From: Acidimicrobiales bacterium
GTDB taxonomy: Bacteria > Actinomycetota > Acidimicrobiia > Acidimicrobiales > Aldehydirespiratoraceae
Assembly (NCBI GenBank): GCA_029263195.1
Contig: JAJCXX010000025.1
Coordinates: 31,540 to 95,539 of the forward strand
Direction: 5' to 3'
DNA length: 64,000 nt
This document shows positions 9,270 through 19,536 of the stretch, in pieces. Below the pieces are notes generated by a model. It was not told the origin of the DNA. It did not search any database and worked only from the letters and a program-made list of their open reading frames with translations. Within the stretch, counting starts at the first letter, position 1, and every line of letters starts with the position of its first letter. Position numbers and translations under genes: made by a program.

Positions 9270-10468
9270 CGGCAACGCAACGCCGCCCGACGCGCAAGAT
9301 CCAGAAGGTCAAGGCGCGTACCCGGCACCCGACCGGCAAGGTTGCCTCTGACGGCCGTGGACCGAGGCGCCCCGTTGGTCGACGCACCGGCATCTTCATG
9401 GCCATGTTCCTGGCGACCACGGCCCTCGTCACGTTCGGGGTCATCATGGTTCTGTCGGCTTCGGCTGCCACCAGCATCAACGACACCAACAGTGCCTGGA
9501 GCCTGTTTCGTCGACAGTTGATGTGGACCACTCTGGGCATGGTCACGATGCTCATCACCCTCAGAATCGACTACCACTTCTGGCGCCGCTTGGCGCGGCC
9601 GGCGATGGTCGCAGGATTGCTGCTCCTGATAGCGGTCTTGACTCCCGGCATCGGTATCGAGGCGAACGGCGCGAGTCGGTGGATCGGAGTCGGGTCCCTC
9701 ACCTTCCAGCCATCGGAATTCGTCAAACTGGCACTGATCCTGTTCGTGGCCGACCTTCTCGCTCGACCGTCCCGTTCGATGTCCGACACCAGTTCGACCG
9801 TGAGGCCGGTTCTGGTGGTGACCGCGGTCGTGGCAGGCCTCTTGATGCTGCAACCGCATCTGGGAGCCACCCTGATCGTCGCCGCGATCGTGGTCGCCAT
9901 GCTGTTCCTGGCCGGTGCTCCGGCCAAGTCGATGTTGGGGCTCGGGTCGATAGTCGGCTCGGTAGGTCTTCTCGGAGTGATGGCATCACCCTGGAGAAGG
10001 GCCCGCCTGTTGGCGTTCCTACACCCGGGAGCCGACCCGGACGGGGCCGGTTATCAGCCGCTGCAATCACTTCACGCCATCACCTCCGGTGGACTCAGTG
10101 GGGTCGGTCTCGGATCGAGTCGAGCCAAATGGGGGTTCCTGCCCTATGCCCACACCGATTTCATCTTTGCGATTGTGGCCGAGGAGCTGGGATTGCTCGG
10201 CGCCACCGTGGTTGTCAGCCTGTTCGCATTGGTTGGGGTGCTCGGCTTCATGACAGCTCTGCATGCCCCTGATCGGTTTGGGATGCTGCTGGCATTCGGA
10301 ATCACCACCTGGGTGATCTCGCAGGCTGTTCTCAACATGGGAGCGGTGATGGCTCTGCTGCCCGTCACCGGAGTCACGCTCCCGTTGATGTCGTTCGGAG
10401 GTACCTCCGTCGTGATGACCATGGCGGCCATGGGAATCCTCCTCAACATCGCCAGGCAGGGGCGTTGA
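9266..10468 (+). CDS. ftsW: SEDS-family peptidoglycan glycosyltransferase FtsW
   Basis: About 10 TM segments. SEDS motifs QPSEFVKLALILF and SFGGTS. ATGA overlap. Confidence 0.9.
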   Translation: MTATQRRPTRKIQKVKARTRHPTGKVASDGRGPRRPVGRRTGIFMAMFLATTALVTFGVIMVLSASAATSINDTNSAWSLFRRQLMWTTLGMVTMLITLRIDYHFWRRLARPAMVAGLLLLIAVLTPGIGIEANGASRWIGVGSLTFQPSEFVKLALILFVADLLARPSRSMSDTSSTVRPVLVVTAVVAGLLMLQPHLGATLIVAAIVVAMLFLAGAPAKSMLGLGSIVGSVGLLGVMASPWRRARLLAFLHPGADPDGAGYQPLQSLHAITSGGLSGVGLGSSRAKWGFLPYAHTDFIFAIVAEELGLLGATVVVSLFALVGVLGFMTALHAPDRFGMLLAFGITTWVISQAVLNMGAVMALLPVTGVTLPLMSFGGTSVVMTMAAMGILLNIARQGR

Positions 10469-11616
10469 CCCGAAGCGACACGACCTGGGCGGTGATCGCC
10501 GGCGGAGGCACGGCCGGTCACGTGTTGCCGGGTCTGGCGATCGCCGAAGAACTCGTTCGCCGTGGAGTGGCCCGCGACCAGATTCACTACGTGGGTAGTG
10601 CCAGAGGAATCGAACAGAGACTTGTGCCGGAAGCCGGCTTCGAGCTCACCGTGCTCCCGGGGAGGGGAATCCAGCGTCGATTCACACTGGAGAACCTGCG
10701 GGCCATCGCAGGCATCGTGGCCGCAGTGTTCACTTCGCTCAGACTTCTGCGGAAGCTCCGCCCGGCTGTGGTGGTCGGTCTCGGCGGGTATGCGTCGGTG
10801 CCGTCCGCTCTCGCTGCTGGGGTTCTGCGGATTCCGTTGGTGGTTGCCGAGCAGAATGCTGTGCCCGGCGCTGCCAACAAGCTCGCCTCGCGATTTGCTC
10901 GCGCCTGTGCCGTTTCATTCCCCGACACCGATCTTCCCCGTTCCGTATGGACCGGAAATCCGGTCCGGTCCGAGGTGCTCGAAGTTGATCGGGACGATCA
11001 GCGGGCCGACGCCCGTCGGCGGCTGGGAGTGGATCCCGAACGCCGTCTCCTTGTGGTCTTTGGTGGGTCACTCGGAGCGCTCCGGATCAACGAGGCTGTG
11101 TTCTCGGCCCTCCCGATGTGGCGGAACCGAGCCGACCTCGCGGTAAGGCATGTCGCCGGCGCTCGCGACCACGACGATCTGTCGGGGCGCATTCCTGTGG
11201 AAGCCGACGACTCGATAGCGTTCGATCTGGTGCGGTACGAAGACGACATGCCGAGCGTCTATGCATCGGCCGATCTGATCCTGTGTCGCGCCGGCGCGAG
11301 TTCTGTTGCAGAGTTGGCTGCGGTGGGCGTTCCTGCGATTCTCGTTCCTCTCCCCGGCGCCCCTGGCGACCACCAGACCGCCAACGCCGCTGCTTTGTCC
11401 GACGCCGGCGGTGCCGTGATGGTGCCCGACCATGAACTCGATGCCGATCGTCTCGTCGCGGCGGTCGACTCTCTGCTCGGCTCCGGGTCGAGGCTCGAGG
11501 ACATGGCGCGGGCGTCAGCCGGATTCGCCAGGCGTGATGCGGCCGCCGCGGTGGCCGAACTGGTCGCTCACAACGCTTCGCGGCCGATTCCGGCACGATC
11601 CGGAGGAGACTCGTGA
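10465..11616 (+). CDS. murG: UDP-N-acetylglucosamine--N-acetylmuramyl-(pentapeptide) pyrophosphoryl-undecaprenol GlcNAc transferase MurG
   Basis: AGGGTAGHVLPGLAIAEEL and GASSVAELAAVGVPAILVPLP...HQTANA. TTG start in a TTGA overlap. Confidence 0.92.
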   Translation: MTRSDTTWAVIAGGGTAGHVLPGLAIAEELVRRGVARDQIHYVGSARGIEQRLVPEAGFELTVLPGRGIQRRFTLENLRAIAGIVAAVFTSLRLLRKLRPAVVVGLGGYASVPSALAAGVLRIPLVVAEQNAVPGAANKLASRFARACAVSFPDTDLPRSVWTGNPVRSEVLEVDRDDQRADARRRLGVDPERRLLVVFGGSLGALRINEAVFSALPMWRNRADLAVRHVAGARDHDDLSGRIPVEADDSIAFDLVRYEDDMPSVYASADLILCRAGASSVAELAAVGVPAILVPLPGAPGDHQTANAAALSDAGGAVMVPDHELDADRLVAAVDSLLGSGSRLEDMARASAGFARRDAAAAVAELVAHNASRPIPARSGGDS

Positions 11617-12998
11617 ACCCTGACTTGTCGTCGCCACGACGTGTCCATGTGGTCGGTGCCGGAGGTGCCGGCATGGGAGCCATCGCCTCGGTGCTTCATG
11701 CCATGGGGCACTCCGTCACGGGATCCGACCTCAAGGACGGACCGGTTGTCCAACGACTGATCGCGTCGGGAATACCGGTGAGCGTCGGCCATGAGCCGGC
11801 CAACGTCGGCGACGCCGAGATCGTGGCCATCAGCACCGCGATCCCCGAACGCAACCCTGAGGTGAGAGCGGCACGTGACGCATCCATTCCCGTGCTCCGA
11901 CGCACCGAGATTCTTCCGGCGATCGCTGCCACACGACGCACCATCGCGGTCGGCGGAACGCACGGCAAGACCACCACCAGTTCGATGCTCTCCCTGGCTC
12001 TCGTCGAAGCCAACTTTCATCCGTCGTTCATCATCGGTGGCGACGTCAATGAGATCGGATCCGGGGCGGCCTGGGACGACGGCGAATGGTTCGTGATCGA
12101 GGCTGATGAATCCGATCGCACGTTCCTGTCGCTTGGCGCGGAAATCGCTCTGATCACGAATGTCGAGGCAGACCACCTGGGTTCCTACGACAACGACCCC
12201 GCCGCACTCTTCGCGGCATTCGAACAGTTTGGTCGGCAGGCCACCAACTGCATCGCGTGTGTAGACGACGAAGGATCTGCTCGCATAGCAGCGGAGGTCG
12301 GGGCAATCACCTACGGCACAAGTCCCGGCGCCGACTATCGCATGGTCGACATCGTCCGGTCGCGGTCCAGCGTGTCGTTCACCGTGGTTCACGAGGGCGA
12401 AGAGATGGTACGAATTGATCTTCCGACGCCGGGCCTGCACAACGCCCGCAATGCCGCCGCGACCGTGGCCGTGGCGAATCATCTCGGTGCACCGCCCGAC
12501 GCCTCAGCTCGCGCCCTTTCTCGGTTCGGGGGAGTGGCCCGTCGTTTCGAGTTCCGCGGGGAGGCCGAAGGGGTTGTTTTCGTCGACGACTACGCCCATC
12601 TCCCGACCGAGATCAAGGCCGCGATCGCGGCCGCCAAGGACGGTGACTGGGAGCGGGTGGTATGTGTGTTCCAACCCCATCGATTCACCCGCACCGCCAC
12701 GCTGTGGCGCGAGTTCGCCGACGCATTCAATGAGGCCGATCAGCTCGTGATCACCGACGTCTACTCGGCCGGCGAGACCCCACAACCTGGTGTGACGGGG
12801 AAGCTCATCGTCGACTCAGTCTCGACCTCGAACCCGCGGATGCCGATCGAGTGGAAGCCTCTCCTGGACGCCGCCGCCGATTGGCTCGCGTTGAACCTCC
12901 GACCCGGCGACCTGTGTCTGACTCTGGGTGCCGGCGACCTGACATCGCTGCCCGATCGCATTATCGACCGGATTGAATCGGGGACAGCCGAGGAATGA
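11613..12998 (+). CDS. murC: UDP-N-acetylmuramate--L-alanine ligase MurC
   Basis: VHVVGAGGAGMGAIASVL and GTHGKTTTSSM. GTGA overlap. Confidence 0.93.
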   Translation: MNPDLSSPRRVHVVGAGGAGMGAIASVLHAMGHSVTGSDLKDGPVVQRLIASGIPVSVGHEPANVGDAEIVAISTAIPERNPEVRAARDASIPVLRRTEILPAIAATRRTIAVGGTHGKTTTSSMLSLALVEANFHPSFIIGGDVNEIGSGAAWDDGEWFVIEADESDRTFLSLGAEIALITNVEADHLGSYDNDPAALFAAFEQFGRQATNCIACVDDEGSARIAAEVGAITYGTSPGADYRMVDIVRSRSSVSFTVVHEGEEMVRIDLPTPGLHNARNAAATVAVANHLGAPPDASARALSRFGGVARRFEFRGEAEGVVFVDDYAHLPTEIKAAIAAAKDGDWERVVCVFQPHRFTRTATLWREFADAFNEADQLVITDVYSAGETPQPGVTGKLIVDSVSTSNPRMPIEWKPLLDAAADWLALNLRPGDLCLTLGAGDLTSLPDRIIDRIESGTAEE

Positions 12999-13936
12999 GC
13001 GGCCAGCCTCACCTCCGAGAGACGATCAATCGTCTGAGAGCTGCTTCCTTCGCAGCGGCGGTGCGTCTCGACGCGCCGCTCGGAGCTCTCACCACCTACC
13101 GGGTTGGAGGAACGGCCGACGTGTTGGTGACGATCGATTCGACAGATGCCTTGGTTGAACTGGCCGAGATCGTGTCGACTGGCGGGGCGGAGACGCTCGT
13201 TGTCGGGAGAGGCTCCAACCTCCTGGTGGCTGATTCCGGATTCCACGGAGTGGCGGTGGTTCTCGGCGAACCCTTCGCTTCGATCGACGTGGACGGCACA
13301 CGAGTCACGGCCGGCGGGGCGGCCAAGCTTCCGTTGGTGGCGAGAACCTCTGTAAACGAGGGCCTCACCGGATTCGAGTGGGCCGTCGGGGTACCGGGAT
13401 CGGTGGGCGGTGCGATACGGATGAACGCCGGTGGCCATGGATCGGAGGTCCGCGACACCCTGCTGTCGGCCGAGGTGGTCGATCTCACCGGAGGGTCTGC
13501 GTCCACCCGAAGTGCTGAGACGCTCGAGTTGGCCTATCGGAGCTCGTCGTTGCGGTCCTGCGATGTCGTCACGAGCGCGAGCTTCCAGCTCTCAGCAGGC
13601 GATCCTGAAACTGGTCGGAACCGGATCTCCGAGATCGTGCAGTGGCGTCGCGCCAAGCAGCCCGGTGGCCAGAACGCCGGATCCGTGTTCACCAACCCCG
13701 CCGGCGACAGCGCCGGCCGCATGATCGAGACGGCCGGCCTCAAGGGCCTCCGAATCGGATCGGCGGAAATCTCCCGCAAGCACGCCAATTTCATACAAGC
13801 CGATGAGGGCGGATCGGCCTCCGACATTTTCGACCTCATGCGCGAGGTCAGGAGCCGTGTGTTGCAGACTCACGGCGTGGATCTGCACGCTGAGACCAAA
13901 CTCGTCGGCTTCGGCGAATCCTGTGGAGATTCGTAG
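12995..13936 (+). CDS. murB: UDP-N-acetylenolpyruvoylglucosamine reductase MurB
   Basis: FAD-binding N-terminus TTYRVGGTADVLV and GRGSNLLV. C-terminal MurB domain with GSVFTNP. ATGA overlap. Confidence 0.9.
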   Translation: MSGQPHLRETINRLRAASFAAAVRLDAPLGALTTYRVGGTADVLVTIDSTDALVELAEIVSTGGAETLVVGRGSNLLVADSGFHGVAVVLGEPFASIDVDGTRVTAGGAAKLPLVARTSVNEGLTGFEWAVGVPGSVGGAIRMNAGGHGSEVRDTLLSAEVVDLTGGSASTRSAETLELAYRSSSLRSCDVVTSASFQLSAGDPETGRNRISEIVQWRRAKQPGGQNAGSVFTNPAGDSAGRMIETAGLKGLRIGSAEISRKHANFIQADEGGSASDIFDLMREVRSRVLQTHGVDLHAETKLVGFGESCGDS

Positions 13937-14745
13937 TGATGCACACGATCGCGTCGATTGATCCGCGCATCAAAGCGCGGCGTATTGCCGTGAAGAGAGC
14001 TGAGGGTCGTCGGCGTCTCCGCCTCGTCCTCGTGCTGATCGGGCTGGTCGTGGGAGCGATGGCTGCCTGGGTGGCCGGACGTTCGCCGCTGTTCGACGTC
14101 GACCATTTCGAGGTCAATGGCCTGTCCCTGCACTCGACCGCGTCGGTAGTCGGATCGATTGCCGTCGAGAACGGAACACCACTCATCGACGTCGACCTCG
14201 GAGAAGTTGGTGCTCAGGTCGAGATGCTCCCCTGGGTCAAGGAAGCTCGCGTTGCGAGGCAGTGGCCGGGGACTCTGAGAATCGATGTCGTGGAACGGGT
14301 CCCGGTGGCTCTCATCCCATCTGGCGAAGGCGTGTACGGACTCCTCGACGAGTCAGGAGTGGTGATGGCCGAGGCCACGCTCGGATCGGCCCCCGACCTG
14401 CCGGTGATCGACATTGTCTTCGATACCGCGCTCGGATCGGTCCAGGAATCGGCCATAGCAGGCCTAGCGGTGGTTGAGGCTATGCCCGCCGATCTCCAAC
14501 CGTGGGTACAGCGAATCGTTTTCGACACCAGCAGTACAGCGGTCGGGCTCGACCTCACCGGAAGCGCCAGTGTGAATCTCGGTGACGCATCGCTGCTACC
14601 CGACAAACTCGACGCGGTCAGAGCCGTTCTCGCCGGCGCTGATCTGACCTGTGTCAGCGAGATCGATGCCTCGGTGGCAGATCTCACCACCATCCGCAGA
14701 GATCCGGTCTGCGAAGCCGCCGCCGACACCTCCACCGAGGGCTGA
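13936..14745 (+). CDS. ftsQ: cell division protein FtsQ (POTRA domain)
   Basis: Basic N-terminus, one TM segment, then a POTRA-like segment VDHFEVNGL...WPGTLRIDVVERVPVALI. Located immediately upstream of ftsZ. Confidence 0.8.
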   Translation: MMHTIASIDPRIKARRIAVKRAEGRRRLRLVLVLIGLVVGAMAAWVAGRSPLFDVDHFEVNGLSLHSTASVVGSIAVENGTPLIDVDLGEVGAQVEMLPWVKEARVARQWPGTLRIDVVERVPVALIPSGEGVYGLLDESGVVMAEATLGSAPDLPVIDIVFDTALGSVQESAIAGLAVVEAMPADLQPWVQRIVFDTSSTAVGLDLTGSASVNLGDASLLPDKLDAVRAVLAGADLTCVSEIDASVADLTTIRRDPVCEAAADTSTEG

Positions 14746-14877
14746 ACGTGGTCGACACAACGCGGTCAGGACGCGGTTACCGTTGCGTCATGCGATTGGT
14801 GAGAGACACGTTCATGTACCGTACGGCGGCTGTCCGGTACAACTTCCTCAATACGACCCGGGAAGGCTGCTTCCAAA

Positions 14878-15993
14878 ATGTCTGAACCACAGAACTACCT
14901 CGCCGTGATCAAGGTCGTCGGAGTCGGCGGGGGCGGTGTCAACGCCGTCAATCGCATGATCGATGCCGGGCTCAAGGGCGTCGACTTCATAGCGGCCAAC
15001 ACCGACGCTCAGGCCCTGATGATGAGCGACGCCGACGAGAAACTCGATCTGGGTCGAGACCTCACGCGCGGATTGGGTGCGGGTAGCGATCCCGAAGTTG
15101 GTCGCGAGGCGGCCGAATGCAATCTCGACGACATCCGAGAGTCGCTGTCGGGGGCCGACATGGTGTTCGTCACCGCCGGCAAGGGCGGCGGAACCGGCAC
15201 AGGAGCCGCACCGATAATCGCCGAGGTGGCCAAGAGCCAAGGTGCTCTCACCATTGGCGTCGTCACCCGACCCTTCGCCTTCGAGGGACGGCGCCGTTCG
15301 GTTCAGGCCGAGCAGGGAATCCAGCGACTCAAGGAGAAGGTCGACACCCTGATCGTCATACCCAACGACCGGCTGCTTTCGGTGGCCGACGCCGACACCT
15401 CGGTCATCAACGCCTTCAAGATGGCCGACGAGATCCTCCTGCAGGGTGTTCAGGGCATCACCGACCTGATCACCACCCCGGGTCTTATCAACACCGACTT
15501 CGCCGATGTCCGCACGATCATGACCGACGCGGGAAGTGCGTTGATGGGAATTGGCAACGGCAGCGGAGAAGGCCGGGCCGTCGCCGCGGCCCGTTCGGCG
15601 ATATCGAGCCCGCTGCTGGAGGCCAGCATCGAGAACGCCCGCGGAATTCTTCTCAACATTTCGGGCGGCTCCGACCTCGGGCTCCTCGAGGTCAACGAGG
15701 CCGCTGAGATCATCCACGCGGTGGCCCATCAGGACGCCAACATCATCTTTGGCGCCGTCATCGACAACGAGATGGGCGACGACGTTCGTGTCACGGTCAT
15801 CGCTGCCGGCTTCGACCGGTGGGACGACTCGTCCGGGCGTACGGCCCCTCGTCAGGTGTCCGGTCCGGCGGTCGTCTCAAGCGACGGCAGCGAGCCCACG
15901 GGCGAAGTTTCGATCGCCGACGTTTTCGCCGACAACGAAGACATCGACTTCGGAGACGACGACGACTTCGATGTCCCATCGTTCCTGAAGTAG
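14878..15993 (+). CDS. ftsZ: cell division GTPase FtsZ
   Basis: [13 protein letters not shown], tubulin signature [14 protein letters not shown] and the C-terminal peptide [10 protein letters not shown]. Confidence 0.98.
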   Translation: MSEPQNYLAVIKVVGVGGGGVNAVNRMIDAGLKGVDFIAANTDAQALMMSDADEKLDLGRDLTRGLGAGSDPEVGREAAECNLDDIRESLSGADMVFVTAGKGGGTGTGAAPIIAEVAKSQGALTIGVVTRPFAFEGRRRSVQAEQGIQRLKEKVDTLIVIPNDRLLSVADADTSVINAFKMADEILLQGVQGITDLITTPGLINTDFADVRTIMTDAGSALMGIGNGSGEGRAVAAARSAISSPLLEASIENARGILLNISGGSDLGLLEVNEAAEIIHAVAHQDANIIFGAVIDNEMGDDVRVTVIAAGFDRWDDSSGRTAPRQVSGPAVVSSDGSEPTGEVSIADVFADNEDIDFGDDDDFDVPSFLK

Positions 15994-16030
15994 CCGTGAG
16001 TTCCATGACTCCGCTCTGCAGGAATGAGTC

Positions 16031-16708
16031 ATGCTGAGCCGAGTCATTCCGGCCGGGTCATCTCATGTTGTTCGGATCATCACGACGGACCGCTCCGATG
16101 GTGATCTCGACGTGAAGCTCGACGAGTCTTACCTGGCTGCCACGCGCAAGACAATCCACGACGGCGCCTGGACCTGGCTCCGGCAGGTCCACGGGTCGAG
16201 GGTGGTGGTGGTCAGTCGCTCGGGAGAGATGGCGGGTGCCGCGGCCGACGCCGCCGTGACCACCTCGGCGGACTGCGTTCTGGCGATCCACACCGCCGAT
16301 TGCGTGCCGGTGGTGATCGCCGGCGAAGGCACGTTGGGCGTGGCCCACGCCGGCTGGCAGGGCATCGTCGACGGCGTGATACCCAGTGTGGTCGAGGCCC
16401 TCGACCATCTGGGCGGGCCGCCGACGGTCGCTTTCCTCGGGCCGTGTATCCGACCGGGCTCCTACGAATTCGGTGCGAGTGACCTCGACACGGTGGCAGC
16501 AGTGGCCGGCGATTCAGTGCGATCGCACACCGCGGATGGCGAACCGGCCCTGGATGTCGCGACCGCGGTCCGCAATATGCTGTCTGATCTCGGCGTGGAC
16601 GAGACGATCGATCCGCTGATCGACACCGCCGACCCTGCTTTCTTTTCACACCGGGTACGAGCCGACTCCGGGCGTCAGGCAACGATCGCATGGCTGGAGA
16701 AGTTGTGA
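16031..16708 (+). CDS. pgeF: peptidoglycan editing factor PgeF / YfiH (laccase-domain) family protein
   Basis: HTADCVPV and HAGWQG motifs. Conserved position after ftsZ. Confidence 0.85.
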   Translation: MLSRVIPAGSSHVVRIITTDRSDGDLDVKLDESYLAATRKTIHDGAWTWLRQVHGSRVVVVSRSGEMAGAAADAAVTTSADCVLAIHTADCVPVVIAGEGTLGVAHAGWQGIVDGVIPSVVEALDHLGGPPTVAFLGPCIRPGSYEFGASDLDTVAAVAGDSVRSHTADGEPALDVATAVRNMLSDLGVDETIDPLIDTADPAFFSHRVRADSGRQATIAWLEKL

Positions 16709-17400
16709 CCACTCCCGTGGATCCCGACCTCGTTGCTCAAAGAGCAGCGGCTCTGCGGTCTCGTCTGACCGATGCCGGAGCGCCCGACCTCACTATCGTG
16801 GCGGTCACCAAGACCTTCGGAGCCGACGCGATCCATTCGGCGGTGGCAGCTGGACTTCACGACATCGGCGAGAACTATGCCCAGGAGTGCGTGGCAAAGA
16901 TCGCCGAAGTCGTCGACACGCCAACGGTCCATTTCATCGGCCATCTGCAACGCAACAAGATCCGCAAGCTCGCGCCGGTGGTCGACGTCTGGCAGTCCGT
17001 CGATCGGTTCGACGTCGGTGCGGAGATCTCGAAACGTTCCCCGGGAGCATCAGTGATGGTGCAGGTCGACATTTCAGGTGAGGAAACCAAGAGCGGTTGT
17101 GACCCTCGCGAAACCGACCATCTCGTCGAGAGGCTCGACGACCTCGGCCTGGATGTCATCGGGCTCATGGCTATCGGTCCTCTCGGTTCCCCCGAACTGA
17201 GTCGACCCGGCTTTCGGTTGCTCCGCTCGCTGTGCGATCGGAACGAGTTGGAGGAGTGTTCGATGGGGATGAGTGCCGATTTGGAAATAGCCGTGGATGA
17301 GGGTTCCACCATGGTGCGCGTCGGCCGTGACTTGTTTGGTGAACGCTCACCGAAGCAACCACCGTTCCGACCAGACCCAGGTATGCCCCCATCGGGGTGA
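16705..17400 (+). CDS. yggS: YggS-family pyridoxal phosphate homeostasis protein
   Basis: VAVTKTF (PLP lysine), IGENYAQE and HFIGHLQRNK. GTG 16705 is preferred because of a GGAG 5 nt upstream and a GTGA overlap. ATG 16690 is the alternative. Confidence 0.85.
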   Translation: MTTPVDPDLVAQRAAALRSRLTDAGAPDLTIVAVTKTFGADAIHSAVAAGLHDIGENYAQECVAKIAEVVDTPTVHFIGHLQRNKIRKLAPVVDVWQSVDRFDVGAEISKRSPGASVMVQVDISGEETKSGCDPRETDHLVERLDDLGLDVIGLMAIGPLGSPELSRPGFRLLRSLCDRNELEECSMGMSADLEIAVDEGSTMVRVGRDLFGERSPKQPPFRPDPGMPPSG

Positions 17401-17443
17401 ATCCAAGGGGTAGATTCAACCCACAGAATCGACGAGGGTATCC

Positions 17444-17977
17444 ATGTTCAAAAAGGCGCTGATCTATCTGGGCTTGGGGCCCGATGAGGAATACGACCAG
17501 TTCGCTCAATCCAGCGACCCCGTAGAGGCAGTGCGGCCCGTTCGCGACGCCGCGGTTGCTCGTCCATCGGGCACCGTCCACGCGATTTCATCTCCCCGAC
17601 CCGGATCCAATCCCCCCGTGCGTCCGATCGGCACCGAGAATCGTCCGACCGCTGTGGCGCAGTCTCCCGCCGACAGCACGCGCACCACCGGATCGGCGGT
17701 GAAGATCGTCGAACCGCTCACCGTCAAGCCTCACGCATCGAGCCCGACATCGTTTAATGAGGCCCAGGAGATCGGCGACCGTTTCAAGTCGGGACAGCCA
17801 GTCATCGTCAATCTGCAAGGGGTCGACCGTGATCTTCGTCGCCGTCTGGTCGACTTCGCCAGCGGACTTTGCTACGCGCTGGGCGGCAAGATGGACAAGG
17901 TCGCGACCCACGTCTACATGCTCACCCCAGCCGATGTCGAAGTCTCCGCGGCTGAGGCTCGACGAGCGATCGACTGA
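17444..17977 (+). CDS. sepF: cell division protein SepF
   Basis: N-terminal amphipathic MFKKALIYLGL. C-terminal SepF domain SFNEAQEIGDRFKSGQPVIVNLQ...VYMLTP. Confidence 0.9.
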   Translation: MFKKALIYLGLGPDEEYDQFAQSSDPVEAVRPVRDAAVARPSGTVHAISSPRPGSNPPVRPIGTENRPTAVAQSPADSTRTTGSAVKIVEPLTVKPHASSPTSFNEAQEIGDRFKSGQPVIVNLQGVDRDLRRRLVDFASGLCYALGGKMDKVATHVYMLTPADVEVSAAEARRAID

Positions 17978-17989
17978 CACGGACCCGAC

Positions 17990-18244
17990 GTGACTTCACT
18001 CATCTGCACCGCGCTCTACATCTACCTGTTCGTGATCTTCGCGCGAATTCTTCTGAGCTGGTTCCCGCTCGACCCCAACGGGATCGGAGCAGCCATAGCC
18101 GGCTTCCTGTACGTGCTCACCGATCCGATTCTGGTGCCACTGCGCAAGTTGATCCCTGGAGTTCGCCTGGGACGAGTGATGCTTGATCTGTCGCCGATCA
18201 TCGCCATCATCGGAATACAGATTCTCCTGAGCATTATCTGCTGA
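17990..18244 (+). CDS. YggT family membrane protein
   Basis: 84 aa with two TM segments. Conserved sepF-yggT-divIVA gene order. Confidence 0.8.
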   Translation: MTSLICTALYIYLFVIFARILLSWFPLDPNGIGAAIAGFLYVLTDPILVPLRKLIPGVRLGRVMLDLSPIIAIIGIQILLSIIC

Positions 18245-18297
18245 ACTTCGTCAGGCGGTCCCCCGTCTCCCGTCGCTGCGGCGTCTAGCATCACGGG

Positions 18298-19536
18298 ATG
18301 GACGAAATCTCTGCGCTGTCGCTCGAAATCGAGTTCCACGAAAAGTTCCGCGGCTACGACCCCGATGAGGTCGACGTCTACGTCGACAAGGTACGTAAGA
18401 CAGCGGCGCTCGTGATGGGTCGAGTCTCCGAGCTCCATGATCGTGTGGACGCTGCCGAGACGAGGATCGCAGCGGGCCGAGGCGACTCGACTGAAGAGAC
18501 GTTGGCGCGCACTCTTCTGCTCGCTCAGCGGACCGCCGACGAATTGGTCGAGGGGGCCCAGGCCGAGTCCCATGAGGTCGTGGCTGAGGCTCAGGCCAAG
18601 GCATCAGCGTTGGTCTCCGAGGCTGAAGAGCGTTCGTCGCGCGTGCTGGCCGAAGCCGAGACCGACCGCCGCGCCGTCATCGCCCAAGCCCAAGCCGAAG
18701 CCGAGGTGGCGGCGGTGCAGCAGCGTGATCAATTGGTGGCCGAAGTCTCGTCGCTGTCGGATGCGAAGGCCTTCCTCGACGACGACATCTCGATTCTCGA
18801 ACGCCACCTCGATGAGCAAAGGGCCAACCTGGCGTTGGTCTTGTCATCGTTATCGGCGATTCTCGACGACCCTGGCTCCCTCAGGGCCTCGCCGGCGCCG
18901 GCCACGAGTGGTGTCGATGCGGAGGTGGCGCCGGCTGAGCCCGCGCTCGAACCTGAGCCCGAGCCCGTCAGCGCCGAGGCGGAGCCGAATGCAGAGACGC
19001 CAGAGTCCGAGTCCGAGGTGGTGGAGGCAGAGATCGTGGAGATCGACTTCGCTCCTACCGACACCGCTGCCGATATCGACGATACAGATCTCGATGCACC
19101 AGAATTCGACACACCAGATCTCGACACACCAGATAGCGACATGCCAGATCTCGACGATTCGATGTGGAGCGATTCTCCCGGACCCGACGCAGAGGTAATC
19201 GACCTCGACTCGATCTCCGCTCCCGATGCAGAGGTCGAGGAACCCGAGTTGCCTACATGGGATCCAGCCCCACCGCGTCTGCTCACCGCCGCCGACATGG
19301 TCGGTGATTCTCAGCTCGATGAGCCTGTCGATCCAGGGCCGGCGACGGCTCCAGTCGGTGTCATCGAGGCCGAACCATTGTTCTCCGAACCGATTGCCGA
19401 AGCACCCGACGGTGATGGCCACCCCACCGACCCGAGCGGCGACGGTGCCATCTCCGACGACGGCGACGCCTTGTCGGCGTTCTTCGATCAGGACGACGAC
19501 GACATCGACCGGTCATGGTTCGGCCGTAGGCGTTGA
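18298..19536 (+). CDS. divIVA: DivIVA-domain protein (Wag31-like) with long acidic repeat tail
   Basis: N-terminus LEIEFHEKFRGYDPDEVDVYVDKV (DivIVA lipid-binding domain), an A/E/Q-rich coiled coil, then a D/E/P-rich C-terminal half. Confidence 0.85.
   Translation: MDEISALSLEIEFHEKFRGYDPDEVDVYVDKVRKTAALVMGRVSELHDRVDAAETRIAAGRGDSTEETLARTLLLAQRTADELVEGAQAESHEVVAEAQAKASALVSEAEERSSRVLAEAETDRRAVIAQAQAEAEVAAVQQRDQLVAEVSSLSDAKAFLDDDISILERHLDEQRANLALVLSSLSAILDDPGSLRASPAPATSGVDAEVAPAEPALEPEPEPVSAEAEPNAETPESESEVVEAEIVEIDFAPTDTAADIDDTDLDAPEFDTPDLDTPDSDMPDLDDSMWSDSPGPDAEVIDLDSISAPDAEVEEPELPTWDPAPPRLLTAADMVGDSQLDEPVDPGPATAPVGVIEAEPLFSEPIAEAPDGDGHPTDPSGDGAISDDGDALSAFFDQDDDDIDRSWFGRRR
19081..19155 (+). repeat. 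five imperfect 15-bp in-frame tandem repeats encoding xPDLD pentapeptides
   Basis: gatacagatctcgat / gcaccagaattcgac / acaccagatctcgac / acaccagatagcgac / atgccagatctcgac, encoding DTDLD APEFD TPDLD TPDSD MPDLD. Confidence 0.85.
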
